A program made the translations under genes and the position numbers. Below, one piece after another: positions 24,640 through 35,328 of a DNA stretch of 50,913 nt; position 1 is the stretch's first letter, and the number at the start of each line of letters is the position of its first letter. The notes under the pieces were generated by a model. The model saw only the letters and a program-made list of their open reading frames with translations. It had not been told where the DNA came from and did not search any database. This DNA is from Mesotaenium endlicherianum (taxonomy: Eukaryota), in assembly GCA_009602735.1 (NCBI GenBank), contig WELA01000805.1:280879-331791 (forward strand). The letters are read 5' to 3'.

Positions 24640-27600
24640 TCAAGATGCGACGTCCTCGACGCATTCTGCAAATAACGTCTCAACTTACTCTTACAATGAG
24701 TCAAGTTGGCCTCTGGCTCCCAAGTGTTGTCGTCCGCATACTAGCCCTTCCACTTGACCAGATACTCTTGAACAAGTCGTTGACCTCGCTTGACTCGTCG
24801 ATCGCCGACAATCGCCTCCACTTCATACTCCAATACATCATCAATCTCGACCGGTGGTGGCGGTGTAGGTAGACGTCCTGGATGTCCTTCATTCGGGTCA
24901 ACGTATGGCCGCAAACAACTGACATGGAACACATCATGGATACGCCAGCCTAAAGAAAGCTCCAACTTGTAGGTCACCAAATTAACCTGCTTGAGCACCA
25001 CAAAGGGACCTGTGAACCGTGCTCGCAGTTTCCTCTTGCCCGTGAAAGGTAGGTTCTTTGTTGACAAGAGTACTTTGTCGCCCACGTGGAATGTCACTTC
25101 CCTCCTGTGCTTGTTGGCATACTTGACCTGTTCCTCCTGTGCCTTTTTGAATACACGTCTTTGCCATATCCCAAGTGTTGGCCCTCTGCTCCATAAAAAC
25201 TTGTGTAGTAGGAACCTGAGTCTTTTTGGCCTTCTCCAACAAGATGTTCTCTCCCATAAACCATAGCGAATGGTGACTGCTCGGTCAATCCCTGCATGCT
25301 GTTGTTGTAGGCAAACTCCAACCCTGGCAGCTTCTTGTCCCACTCTGAAGGGTCGCCCATCGTGAAACTCCTGAGTACCTCTTGCAGAGTTCTGTTGAGC
25401 TTCTCACTCTGCCCGTCTGTCTGAGGATGATAGGAAGTGCTCATACTCAGCTTGGTCCCTATCAAAGTAAACAATGACCGCCACAAGTTGCTAGTAAACC
25501 TTGGATCCCGATCTGAAACAATCACCTTCGGCAATCCATGTAGCCTGAAAATATGATCGAAGAATAGTCGTGCCACATCTGCTGCCGTACAAGTCTCCTT
25601 CATGGGAATGAAGTGAGCCATCTTGCTGAGTCTATCAGACACAACCCATAATGCATCGTGCCCTTGACCACTAACTGGTAACGACGTGATGAAGTCCATA
25701 GCAATCTGCTCCCAATGATACTCTGGAATAGGCAGGGGCTGCAATGTACCTCCCTTCTTTTGATTTGGTGTCTTGTTCCGCTGGCACGCATCGCAACTCC
25801 TGATCCACTCCTCGATGTTCTTGTCCATATTTCTCCAATAGTACTCCCGCTTCAGCACGCTTGCCGTCTTCTCGCTTCCAAAGTGTCCAGCATATAAGCA
25901 ATCATGATGCTCTGCAAGTAGTAAGTCTCATAGCTCCTTGATGTGAGGTATCATCACTCTCTTGGAATCACAATAATACCACATGCCGTCCTTCTTATGC
26001 ATACTCGAGTTGGACTGAGCTGCTCCACCATCAGCAAATTCTGGGTCCTCCTCATAACCTCTCTGAAGCTTCTCCTTGAAGTCCATAATCTCCTTGATGA
26101 TTGAGACAGCTGCAAGGTCACACCTCCTGGCTAAAGCGTCGGCAGGGTTGATCTTCCCAAGTAAGTACTTAATCTTGTGGTCGAACTATTCCAGAACCTC
26201 TATCCACCTTGCTTGTCTCGGTGTCAACGTTGGCTGCGTCATGAACTTCTCCAAGCTCTTGTGGTCGATCTTGATCAACACCTTTCGGCCGTCCACATAA
26301 CATCGCCAAATCCTCAAAGCCTGGATAATAGCCAACATTTCCCGCTCGTGTGCTGCATAGTTCTGCTCTCAACTTCCTGCTCTCATATGCCACAGGCTGC
26401 ATTCCCTTGCCCTGATCCTGGAGAAGAATGGCTCCCACTGCGAAATTTGATGCGTCCATGATGATGGTGAAAGGAAATTCTGGATTGGCAATTGCCAACA
26501 CAGGTGCCTGTGTCAACAACTCCTTAATCTTCTCAAAAGTTTGCTGCTCCTTGTCACCTCATAGCCACTTCTCCTGCTTCTTCAACATGTCCGTGAGCGG
26601 TGCACACACCTTGGCAAATCCTTCACTGAAACGTCGATAATAATTCGCCATGCCAAGGAAACTCCTGAGTTGATGAATATCAGCAGGTACCGACCAATCT
26701 CTGATTGCTTGCACCTTCTTTTGCTCCACCTTGACTCCTTCAACTCCCACTATATGTCGAAAAAACTCGACCTCCTTGAGACAGAAGTCGCACTTGCTCA
26801 TCTTCCCATACAGCTTCTGACCTCTCAAGACCTCCAACACCTTCCTCAGATGCTCCACATGCTCTTCCAAGGTCTTCGAATAGATCAGGATGTCATCCAA
26901 AAATACCACCACGAACAGGTCCAAATAGGGTCTGAAGATACTATTCATGAGTCCCATGAATGTAACAGGTGCATTTGTCAATCCAAAAGGCATGACTGTG
27001 AACTCGAACAAACCATAGCGAGTTCTGAAAGCAGTCTTCTGAACGTCTCCTTCCGCAATCCGTACCTCGTGATAGCCACTCCTCAAGTCGATCTTCGAGA
27101 AATACTTCGCCCCGACAAGCCTGTCAATTAACTCGTCCACTCGTAGAAGTGGGTCCCTCTTCTTGATGGTGACCTTGTTGAGTGCCCGGTAGTCGACACA
27201 CATCCTCATTGTCCCATCCTTCTTCTTCACAAATAAGACTGGCGTTGCAAATGGAGACTCGCTGGGTCGGATGAATCTCTTCTCCAATAACTCTGTCAGC
27301 TGCTTCTGCAACTCGTCCAACTCCGCAAACGATTGTCGATAGGCGGGTCTCACTGATGGCTTGCTCCCTGGTTCCAACTTGATCTTGTGCTCCATAGCTC
27401 TCTGTGGAGGTAATCCTGCAGGTAGCTCCTCAGGAAACACGCACTTGAACTCCTCCAACAGCGCCTTAATTTGGGCAGGCATCTCAGCAGGCTTCTTCGC
27501 TTGAGCAGTTGGGCTCTGCTCCTTCTGAGCAAGGGGATCAGACACCACGACTTGCTTCTCCGACGATGTACATTCGCCCAGGCTGTTAGGATTCACGCTT

Positions 27601-28301
27601 GCTCCATCTGATGAGTTGACAAGGGCCACCGAAACAAGGTACATCTCCTTCACCTGATTCGCCCTGCATAGCTTCTTAACTTGCAGGCTCGACAGAAGAC
27701 AGTTACTTATGGTCGTATCTACCTCCACCTGTTTCGCTGTCTCCATTCGACCATCACGCCCTTGGACTTTCACTTGTCCTGTGCTCCAGTGCACTTGAGG
27801 GTTGGCTTTCCTTAGCCATGGTCGGCCCAATATCACCTCATGGTGACCCAACTCTGCCTGCTCCATAACTTCCTTACTCCGGTGCCCCGCTACTTCCACG
27901 TGAATAGCTTCCGTAGGTGCACCACACTTGAGTCTCTGCCCATTTGCCAAAATTGCCTCCTTAGGCTCANGCGCCAAAATTGCCTCTCTAGGCTCATAAT
28001 GCTTCTGCACAGGAATTTGCCACTCTTTCACCAGCTTCTTGTGCACAAAGTTTGCACTTGCGCCACTGTCGACCATACACTTCGCCTTGTTGCCGTCGAC
28101 CACTCCTTCCACAATGATAGGCTTGTCAACATCTCGTCTTTCGCTTCTCGGCAGGCTCCTGGGGATAACCTCCTTGTGAGTTCTCGTCTTCACGCCAGTA
28201 GACACCCCAGATTGACTTACCGGCGTCCTCCTTTTTCCTGCTGTTGAGGTTGCTTCGCCTTCACATGACAGTCTCGAGCCAGATGTCCAAGCTTGCTGCA
28301 A
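24640..28301 (-). pseudogene. B2 pol (PR-RT-RH-INT-chromodomain), disrupted
   Basis: 580-aa ORF with MVDSGAS and [25 protein letters not shown]...SDRDPRF; YEVEAIVG...YLVKWKG chromodomain; several stops/frameshifts. Confidence 0.93.
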
Positions 28302-29268
28302 TTATAGCAGGGTCCTCTCGGCTTAAAATTCTGCTGCCTGCGCTGGTACTGAACAAGTCCCAGCTCCATAGGTACTGGGCCTTGAACACTCGTGCTTGGC
28401 GCTTGAGATCCAAAGTGTCGATATCCTCCAAAGTTGTGGCTGCCCCACTGCCTCTGACTATACTCCACAGCGTTGACCCTTGTTGCCAATGCCATCATTT
28501 CTCCAAGATTGGTAGGGTCCTTGAGCGCCACTTCCTTGGCCACAGTTGGCTTGAGTCCCCTCTTGAACTAGTCCATCATCTCCGACTCGTGCATNTAGTC
28601 CATCATCTCCGACTCGTGCATCGATGGACATTGAAGTACCAGCTCGTTGAAGCTCGATACATACTCTTGAACGCTTCCTCGTTGACGAAGGGGCACCAAT
28701 AGATCTCGAGCAATAGCCTCGGGTGCAATAGGTTGAAATTGCCTCTTCAAGTCTTCAAATAGCTGATCAACAGTAGCAGGTGCTCCAGACAGCTGCTCTT
28801 CTTGTTCGTACCAAGCTCCAGCACTCTTCTGCAGCAAAGTTATGACAAAGGCGACTTGCCAGTCGGGCGTGAGAGCAGAATACTCCATAAACTTCTTCAA
28901 TCCAGAATCGATTGATGAACAAGCGGCAATTCACGCTCACCAGTATGCACTTCAGGCTTAGGCGCACGCACTCCTGCGGGTGGAATAATTGGCTGCACCA
29001 CTGGGTTAACATGAATTGGTGGCACAGCAGGTGCAGGTGCCGAACTCGTCGAAGCGTCGTTCCCCATAACAACTCGCTCCATTCTCTCCACCTCCTAGCG
29101 CATATTTTGTTGAAATTGTGTGTAGACTTCTCCTCCAATTGCGTTTGCCATCTGCCTCAACATCGCCTGCATCTCTTGTTGCTCCCTTGACAAAGGTGGT
29201 GCCGTCCGCTCCACGCGCTCAACATGCTCGACATGTTCGCCTCCTCTAGTTGCCGACTGCGACTGCAT
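28217..29268 (-). pseudogene. B2 gag, disrupted
   Basis: Fragments 28897-29091, 28568-28900 and 28217-28543 (CYNCSKLGHLARDC knuckle); homologous to B1 gag. Confidence 0.88.
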
Positions 29269-29305
29269 AATATAATATGCAAACTAGCCCAGCTCCGATA
29301 CCGGA

Positions 29306-30048
29306 TGAAAGAAGCAGAGTGCCCTATTGGAAGCGTAGTAACTCACGAGAAAAGAAACTAGTTGCAATCATGCTAAAGAGTGCAGCGGCATATCACTAAG
29401 AAAGCTTAGGAAAATTACTCAACATTTTGAGTAGCAAGAAACTACTCACAAATGATGCAGGATGAAAGGCCTTGTCATTACAAACCCGTAGAAATTTACA
29501 GAATTGAAAACCGATAAGAAACAAAGAAATTATGCCTATTTATAATTTTCTGCCTAAGTGCTCCTCTCTAGAAGGGAGCTACGGATTTTCCTTAATGTTC
29601 GTCAAATTGTCGCTCCAGAATATTCGTGAGTAAGCCAGATCAGTCTCATCTGACGTGTTGGGCCAAATTGACGTGCACATACATGCATCGACATTACTAG
29701 AATATTAAATCTTAGACGCGCTAGGCTAAACTGAAACTTCTAGGTAAATCGACCTAGTCGGCACTCCGCGTCAGCCGAACTTACGTGAAGGTTCGAGTTC
29801 AATTTAACGGGCTAGATCGCTCGACGCTGTCGGTCAATCCGACGGTCGCGCTCACCGCGAATTAAGAACAGTCGTCAACCGACCTCAAAATAAATTAAAC
29901 TTCAGATGTCCGTAACTCTCTCAATACTTGACCAAATTTGATGAACTTTATATCAAAATGACCACACAAACGCACTCTACGCTTTTATGCAGTCATTATA
30001 TATTTTCATGAAACTCAAAAATGCACTTTATGAACCTATGACCTTACA
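29306..30048 (-). repeat. B-family 5' LTR next to the B2 PBS
   Basis: TGAAAG...ACCTTACA; homologous to 23887-24627. Confidence 0.88.
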
Positions 30049-30185
30049 TTGCCAGAGGACACCCTTGACCAAATTCAATGAACTTTGTATCAAAATGACC
30101 ACAAAAATGCACTCTACACGACTATACAATCAAAACATACTTTCTTGAAATTCAGAAATGCACTTTATGAACCTATGACCTTACA

Positions 30186-31089
30186 ATCCGCAATTAGGTG
30201 GACAAACAGAGCGGATGAATTGTACTCTAAAGACCTCTCTAAAGGCCTACGTGTCTACCCTGGAGCAAGACTGGGACATGTACTTGACCCTCTTGGAGTT
30301 TGCCTTCAACAACACTACGCAGGCCTCCACCCAAGAGTCCCCATTCTTCCTCAACTATGGCTACCATCCAACCACGCCGCTGAGCTTCACGGCGGCCATG
30401 ATGAAGTATCTGCAGCAACATATGTTTTGGAAACATTAGAAGCAGCCCTTGCAGCAGCCAAGAAAGCTCTACAATACGCGCAAGATGCTCAAGCAAGAGT
30501 GACAAACAGGTCGAAAAGAGAAATTACGTACAAAGTGGGTGACAACGTGTTACTATCATCCAAGAACATTTCCCTGAACAACAGGCCAGCCGGCAGCAAG
30601 TTCTCTCCCAAGTATTTGGGACCCTTCAGAATTATCCAACAAGTCAGCCCCGTTGCTTTCAAGCTAGAATTTCCCCAAACTATGCACATCGTCCCCGTAT
30701 TCCACGCTTCCCTTTTCAAGCCATATGTGCAACCAAACAACAAGTTTCCAGGACGAGTGACGACTCCACCAGCCCCAACAATAGTGGATGATTGTTTGGA
30801 GTATGAAATGGAAGACGTATTGGCTATGAAAAATTTCAGGAGACAGCAGCAATACTTGATCAAGTGGAAAGGATATCCAGATTCGGAGAATAGTTGGGTG
30901 GCGGCGCACTACCTTGACAAAGTTCAGAGAAAGCTGAGACGCTTCCATGCCGCCAACTCTTATCTTGGACCAGCCCCAAGTCTCTCTACTAGAAGTCCAA
31001 ATACTTTAGGGAGGCAGCCTGCCACCATCAAGAAGCAGCAGAAGACTCCTTGGAGGCAGCCTGCAAGAACAAGAAAGAGGAAAAATTGA
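30186..31089 (+). pseudogene. D1 pol part 4 (integrase C-terminus, GPY/F, chromodomain)
   Basis: GQTERMN, KYLGPF, YEMEDVL...YLIKWKGYPDSENSW; C-terminus nearly identical to D2 (…RTRKRKN*). Confidence 0.92.
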
Positions 31090-31856
31090 CATTAGACACT
31101 TTTCTCTTCTTGCAGTTTCTGGAGAGAAAACTAAAACTAATACTGATGAAATTTATTTGCATATTAAATTTTGAAATTCTATTTGATTGTAGTTCATGAG
31201 TAGATGGTTCTTTAGACTTTAAGTTCGCCCAATTTGGAGCTATGGTCAAAGTGATAAAAATCTCTGAACACAAGGGGGTCAGGCTGCTGGCATTATTAGG
31301 GAAGAATATGCCTTCTGACATTGTGCCCTCCTCTGAAATTGGATTGCTTTGAAACTCAAGGCTATGGTAGAAGACATTACTGCGCCCATTTAGAAACTAA
31401 TTGTGCAGAGTTTAAAGAAGTAGAGAAGGACTTATGATTTTCAAAAGTTTCTGCACATATTTGAAGGAGTGCCTACTCCCTCTGCTCTGGACGACACTCC
31501 AGAAATTATAATACTCTCAAATTTGATGACCTGGTAGATACCTTTAACGCGCTATGTTTGGCACTAGCATTTTTAGATATGAAGCATTTTTTGAACATTA
31601 TGAATTTTTGAATCCGTGGCAAATTTTGGGTCAACTTGTACTATTTTCCTTATCAACAAGGAGTAGGCTAGCCAATAAGGTCACACCACCCACGACCTTG
31701 CCTAGTCTACCTTTGATGTGTAGCACCTGACTTGGAGCCTTTGACTGGTCTTCTTTACATGTGTGGCACCTGACTTGAAGCCTTTGACTAGTCTTCTCCA
31801 CATGTGTAAGACTTGACTTGCGCGCCGAGACGTCGCTTCTTCTATTGGGGGTGTGA

Positions 31857-32298
31857 TGTAGTGATATGAGTTAGAATGAAGTAGTTTGTTTTTATTTTAA
31901 TGCTTTTGAATGCTTTTGAATAGTTTTAGAGTACATTTGTGTGGATTCAAGTGTGAATAGATACTCTAGTGACTTGGTTCATGTCCTTTGAACCTTCTAA
32001 GGCATTTTCAAAGTTAGAGGAAGGACCTAGAAGAACTCCATGTGGCAAAAGTCAAATATGCCATTTTTAGGTCAAAAGAACATGTGTACATTATTCTAGA
32101 AAGAGGTGGCAAGTTTTGGGATGTGTTGGGTGCATCTTCTTAGAAATTACTTACGTAGCAAGTATATAAACAAGAGCTAGAACATAGAAATGCATTCCAG
32201 AATCACTCTTGTACTTGCCAAATTCCAGGAATTTATCAACTTTCAAGAAGCCATCTCTCTTTCAAGAAGCTACCACTTGTGTTCAAAGATCCTTGTCT
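31857..32298 (+). repeat. D1 3' LTR, lacking its last ~55 bp
   Basis: TGTAGTGATATGAG after a G-rich PPT; matches 3947 onward until ...GATCCTTGTCT, then switches to C-family sequence. Confidence 0.88.
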
Positions 32299-33608
32299 AG
32301 CCCTCTGACTCAAGTCTCCAAGGAGAAGGAGCTTAACGTTTTGGGCAGCAGACCTACACGTTGGTCTCCTGATGACAGGGCAACCAAAAGGGCAGCCAGA
32401 GGAGTGGCCAGGGGAGTGGCAGCAACCCCCTCCAACCATGGCAATGTTCCTCTTGCCAATGTGTTCCAGCATCCTATGGGACTCCCAATTTATGTGGGGG
32501 TCAGCACACAGGCTGCTGAAGAAAGAGCAGGAGTTTTGCTGCAGTCTCCCAAGGGTCCTTCCTTAGCGGAAGCAGGGGTGTTTAGGAGGCCAGCTGACAG
32601 GGGTAGAGGACAGTCCATGGGGTCCACGTCTAAGTCCCAGTCTCCTGGGCTCCAGGAACATCTCCCTAATGTCTGTAAACCATCCTTTAGTCAGCCTTGC
32701 TGGAGGTCTCTCTGTTCGCATTCCACAATGGCAGTGGGCTGAGGGTGGAGGTGACAGCTTGCTGTTACCAGTGATCCCCACAGTTAGGCAACAGTGTTGA
32801 AGCAAGAGGCGATGGTAGGGAGATTAGTATTGTTAATATAATAAACTCTTGTAGTTCATACTTAGTGTTGACGAGGCGACAACAGGGTAAGTTGGAGGGA
32901 TTGTAATGAATCAGTATATTGTTGGATATAATATTCATTGAATATATTAAATAAGTAGGTTCAGTCAATTGAACTTAGTTAAATATAAAGTTTGTTGGAT
33001 ATTAAGTAATATTCGTTGCTGACTTAGCCGATGGCAGCAGGCTGAAGTCAACTTAGGCCAGCTTGCTAACACATTCTTTGATAGTCAGCTGACTTCCGTA
33101 CCCGGTAGCAGTGAACTGCCTAGATATGCATCTAAGTATGATATGCTAAATTAATGGCCAGAGGACACCCTTTGGTGGATGGCGATTCGGGATGATGGGA
33201 GATGGCTGTGGATGTGGGTAGTCGAGGTCCTACCGACGTGATTAACTCCCGGGTAGGCGGTGCCATCGCACTTGCCGTTGAACAGTAAACTCAGTCCATG
33301 TACATAGGTTAGACATGCTCTCAAGTTCGGCATTCGGAAACAAGGCCAACTCTCTTGTACTGCTTACTGAGAGGACTGAATCCAAGGCAAGAAGCCATTG
33401 ATACAAATTGTCTTCTAACCTTGCTTATGTATGAGTTTACTGATTGCATTACTGATGCTCGTTCACTTGCATTTGACTTATGAGTATTAGAACGCTAGTT
33501 GTGAAATCTTTTGTTGAAAACTAGGTAATAAGAAAACCCTATAAGATTACTTGTTGACTTGTTTTTTTATTAATTGTTAATCATCTACTGGTAAGTCAAT
33601 TCATTTCA
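32299..33608 (+). mobile_element. 3' remnant of a second, diverged C-family element (C-terminal part of the extra ORF, PPT, 3' LTR 32902-33608)
   Basis: VPLANVFQHPMGLPIYVGVSTQ...PKGPSL matches the C1 extra ORF; same AAGTTGGAGGGA PPT; LTR TGTAATGAATCAG...TCATTTCA. Confidence 0.88.
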
Positions 33609-35229
33609 ATTGTCTTGGTACTTGGTTATCATTGGCTGATACACATATACGTGTCTCTAAATATTGTGTTGCAACCTTGAAAACACCTATAAAGTGATTC
33701 GGAAGGTGCATATACTTGGCTTCTATTGGCAGTCAATGTTTTGTGAACATTGTTTCAAAATGAATATATCTTGTCTGGCACTACAATTGAACATTGACTT
33801 ATAATTAGCACCACGACCAACGTACATGGGGCAACAACGCGACGTCAACGACCGAATTGGCTGTGGGCAAATACAACGTGATTGTTTGTCCCACTTATCG
33901 AAACTTGTCGACTTTCATACATAACCCTAATTGAAACTTGACGTAATTTATTTGTATAACGACTTGTAGCATGCAACATTCCGGTCATGGGCGTTGCAAG
34001 ATACATAAAGTTGAGAATGCAAGTTCTATCACATAGGTGTCGAATTTATGAAACTTTGTCGTAATACCCAGCTAAGTTATATGTGAAGTGACTTGTCTTG
34101 AACCTTTCGCTTTTATGGGGGCCGTGACGTCCGCTCAACATGTCATTTAGGACGTGGTGCAGGCGTGTCAATGATGACATCATTCAATTGGGATTGACTT
34201 TTTACACGTCAGGCGGGTGATCGACTATCTCGGTTGACCATGTAAATGTTGTGAGACTTCGTCAACGACTTTCTAAAATGAAAAATATAGTCGGCATGTG
34301 AAAACTTATTGTTATAAATCTGATTTAAAAAATGAAAAAATGGACATTTTGACCAGTTGTTCACTTATCGTTGGGAGTCTATGAGCAGCAATTCTAGCTG
34401 CAAGGATTCAATTCCAGTTGGGCTTTCGCATTGGGATGTGCAGAATGGGTTCGTTCAAATTTCCACCCATCCGAGCTGGGACCCAATCCCAACGCTAAAA
34501 CGTTGATTTTTGCAATCTTGGCACTTTGCAGTCTCGACACTTGCACAATTTTAAGGTGCCTTTCTTGCTCTTGCAGCAAGAAATGCTCATATATGAAGTT
34601 ACCATCTAGTCTTCTTTTATCCACAAAAGTATACATACTACTTGGCTCCGAAAGTGCATATTTGGCTCTTGTAAAATTTATCTGACTCTCACACTAGGAT
34701 CCAGGCCTAGGCCCTACCTCTAAGGCTATAGACCCCATAATAAAGAGAAAACAGGTCCTCATCTCTGGCGCTGATCACGCAAGCCCCCTGTTGGTCTGAG
34801 GCGCCACCATTTGCCTCCCGCGCACAAGGTGGCGGCCACATGACCTTCAACACCATTATCCCTCGTGCAGCTCTCGCACCAGGCACAAGGTGCAGGGATC
34901 AATGCTCTAGGCTGTCAGCCATACAGTAAAAATTCCTGCCAACATTTCGGTCAGAATCGTGACAAAAAAAGTCAAACTAAATCTGGCAAAATATCCACTC
35001 CCCTACCAATTACGTGGCTGTCTAAAAGTTCTCTAGCATGTACGCCTAGGTTTACGCCCCAGGCTCTAAACCTAAGTCTCTAGGCACTACCAACCCAAGC
35101 TCTAGGCGCAAGGCTCTTAAGAAAACTCCTGGGCCCAAACCCCTAGTGCATTGGCCCTAAAACCTGAACCCTAACCCTAGCCTCTGGGACCCCTCCGGGC
35201 AGGCGGCTCCAATAGCAGCTTCTATATGG

Positions 35230-35293
35230 CGGCTCCAGCTCCGGCTCCAGCTCCGGCTCCAGCTCCAGCTCCGGCTCCGGTTCTGGCTCCGGC
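35230..35293 (+). repeat. Hexamer tandem repeat (GCTCCR)n
   Basis: ggctccagctccggctccagctccggctcc..., about 10 units, just downstream of the minus-strand gene stop. Confidence 0.85.
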
Positions 35294-35328
35294 CCCAAAG
35301 GCACCAGAGTCGATAGCCTAGCTAGGCG

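Larger units (their letters stand above)
23887..30185 (-). mobile_element. Chromovirus-type Ty3/gypsy element B2, degenerate, with a complex 5' end
   Basis: 3' LTR 23887 to about 24627; PPT (reverse complement) 24631-24640; pol about 24640-28301; gag 28217-29268; PBS (reverse complement) 29292-29303; 5' LTR 29306-30048 plus a second LTR-end piece 30065-30185. Flanks ACCCG (23882-23886) and ATCCG (30186-30190); D1 pol resumes colinearly. Confidence 0.9.
3947..32298 (+). mobile_element. Chromovirus-type Ty3/gypsy element D1, degenerate, hosting three nested insertions (C1, D2, B2)
   Basis: 5' LTR 3947-4449; PBS TGGTATCAGAGC 4451-4462; gag 4487-5683; pol pieces 5644-7061, 15903-17029, 23715-23886 and 30186-31089 read colinearly with D2 pol; PPT about 31847-31856; 3' LTR 31857-32298 (truncated). 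Confidence 0.88.

Noticed and set aside
27944..27996. Apparent duplication [17 protein letters not shown] in B2 protease
   Set aside because: The two copies flank a single N; typical contig-overlap artefact, absent in B1.
28568..28621. Apparent duplication with stop codon in B2 gag (MHESEMMD twice)
   Set aside because: Repeats flank an N at 28595; assembly join artefact.
30085..31089. 334-aa ORF as an intact protein
   Set aside because: Chimera: it starts in B LTR sequence, passes out-of-frame integrase codons and only then enters the D1 pol frame.
3316..33608. C-type LTRs at 3316 and 32902 as the two ends of one element
   Set aside because: No TSD match (ACCGA vs ATTGT), the LTRs are clearly diverged, and the host B1 LTR does not resume after 33608.
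33609..34700. Possible degenerate DNA transposon or Helitron; Cys/Lys-rich bits on the minus strand and ORF 34394-34636
   Set aside because: No TIR, TSD or recognisable transposase motif that I can support.
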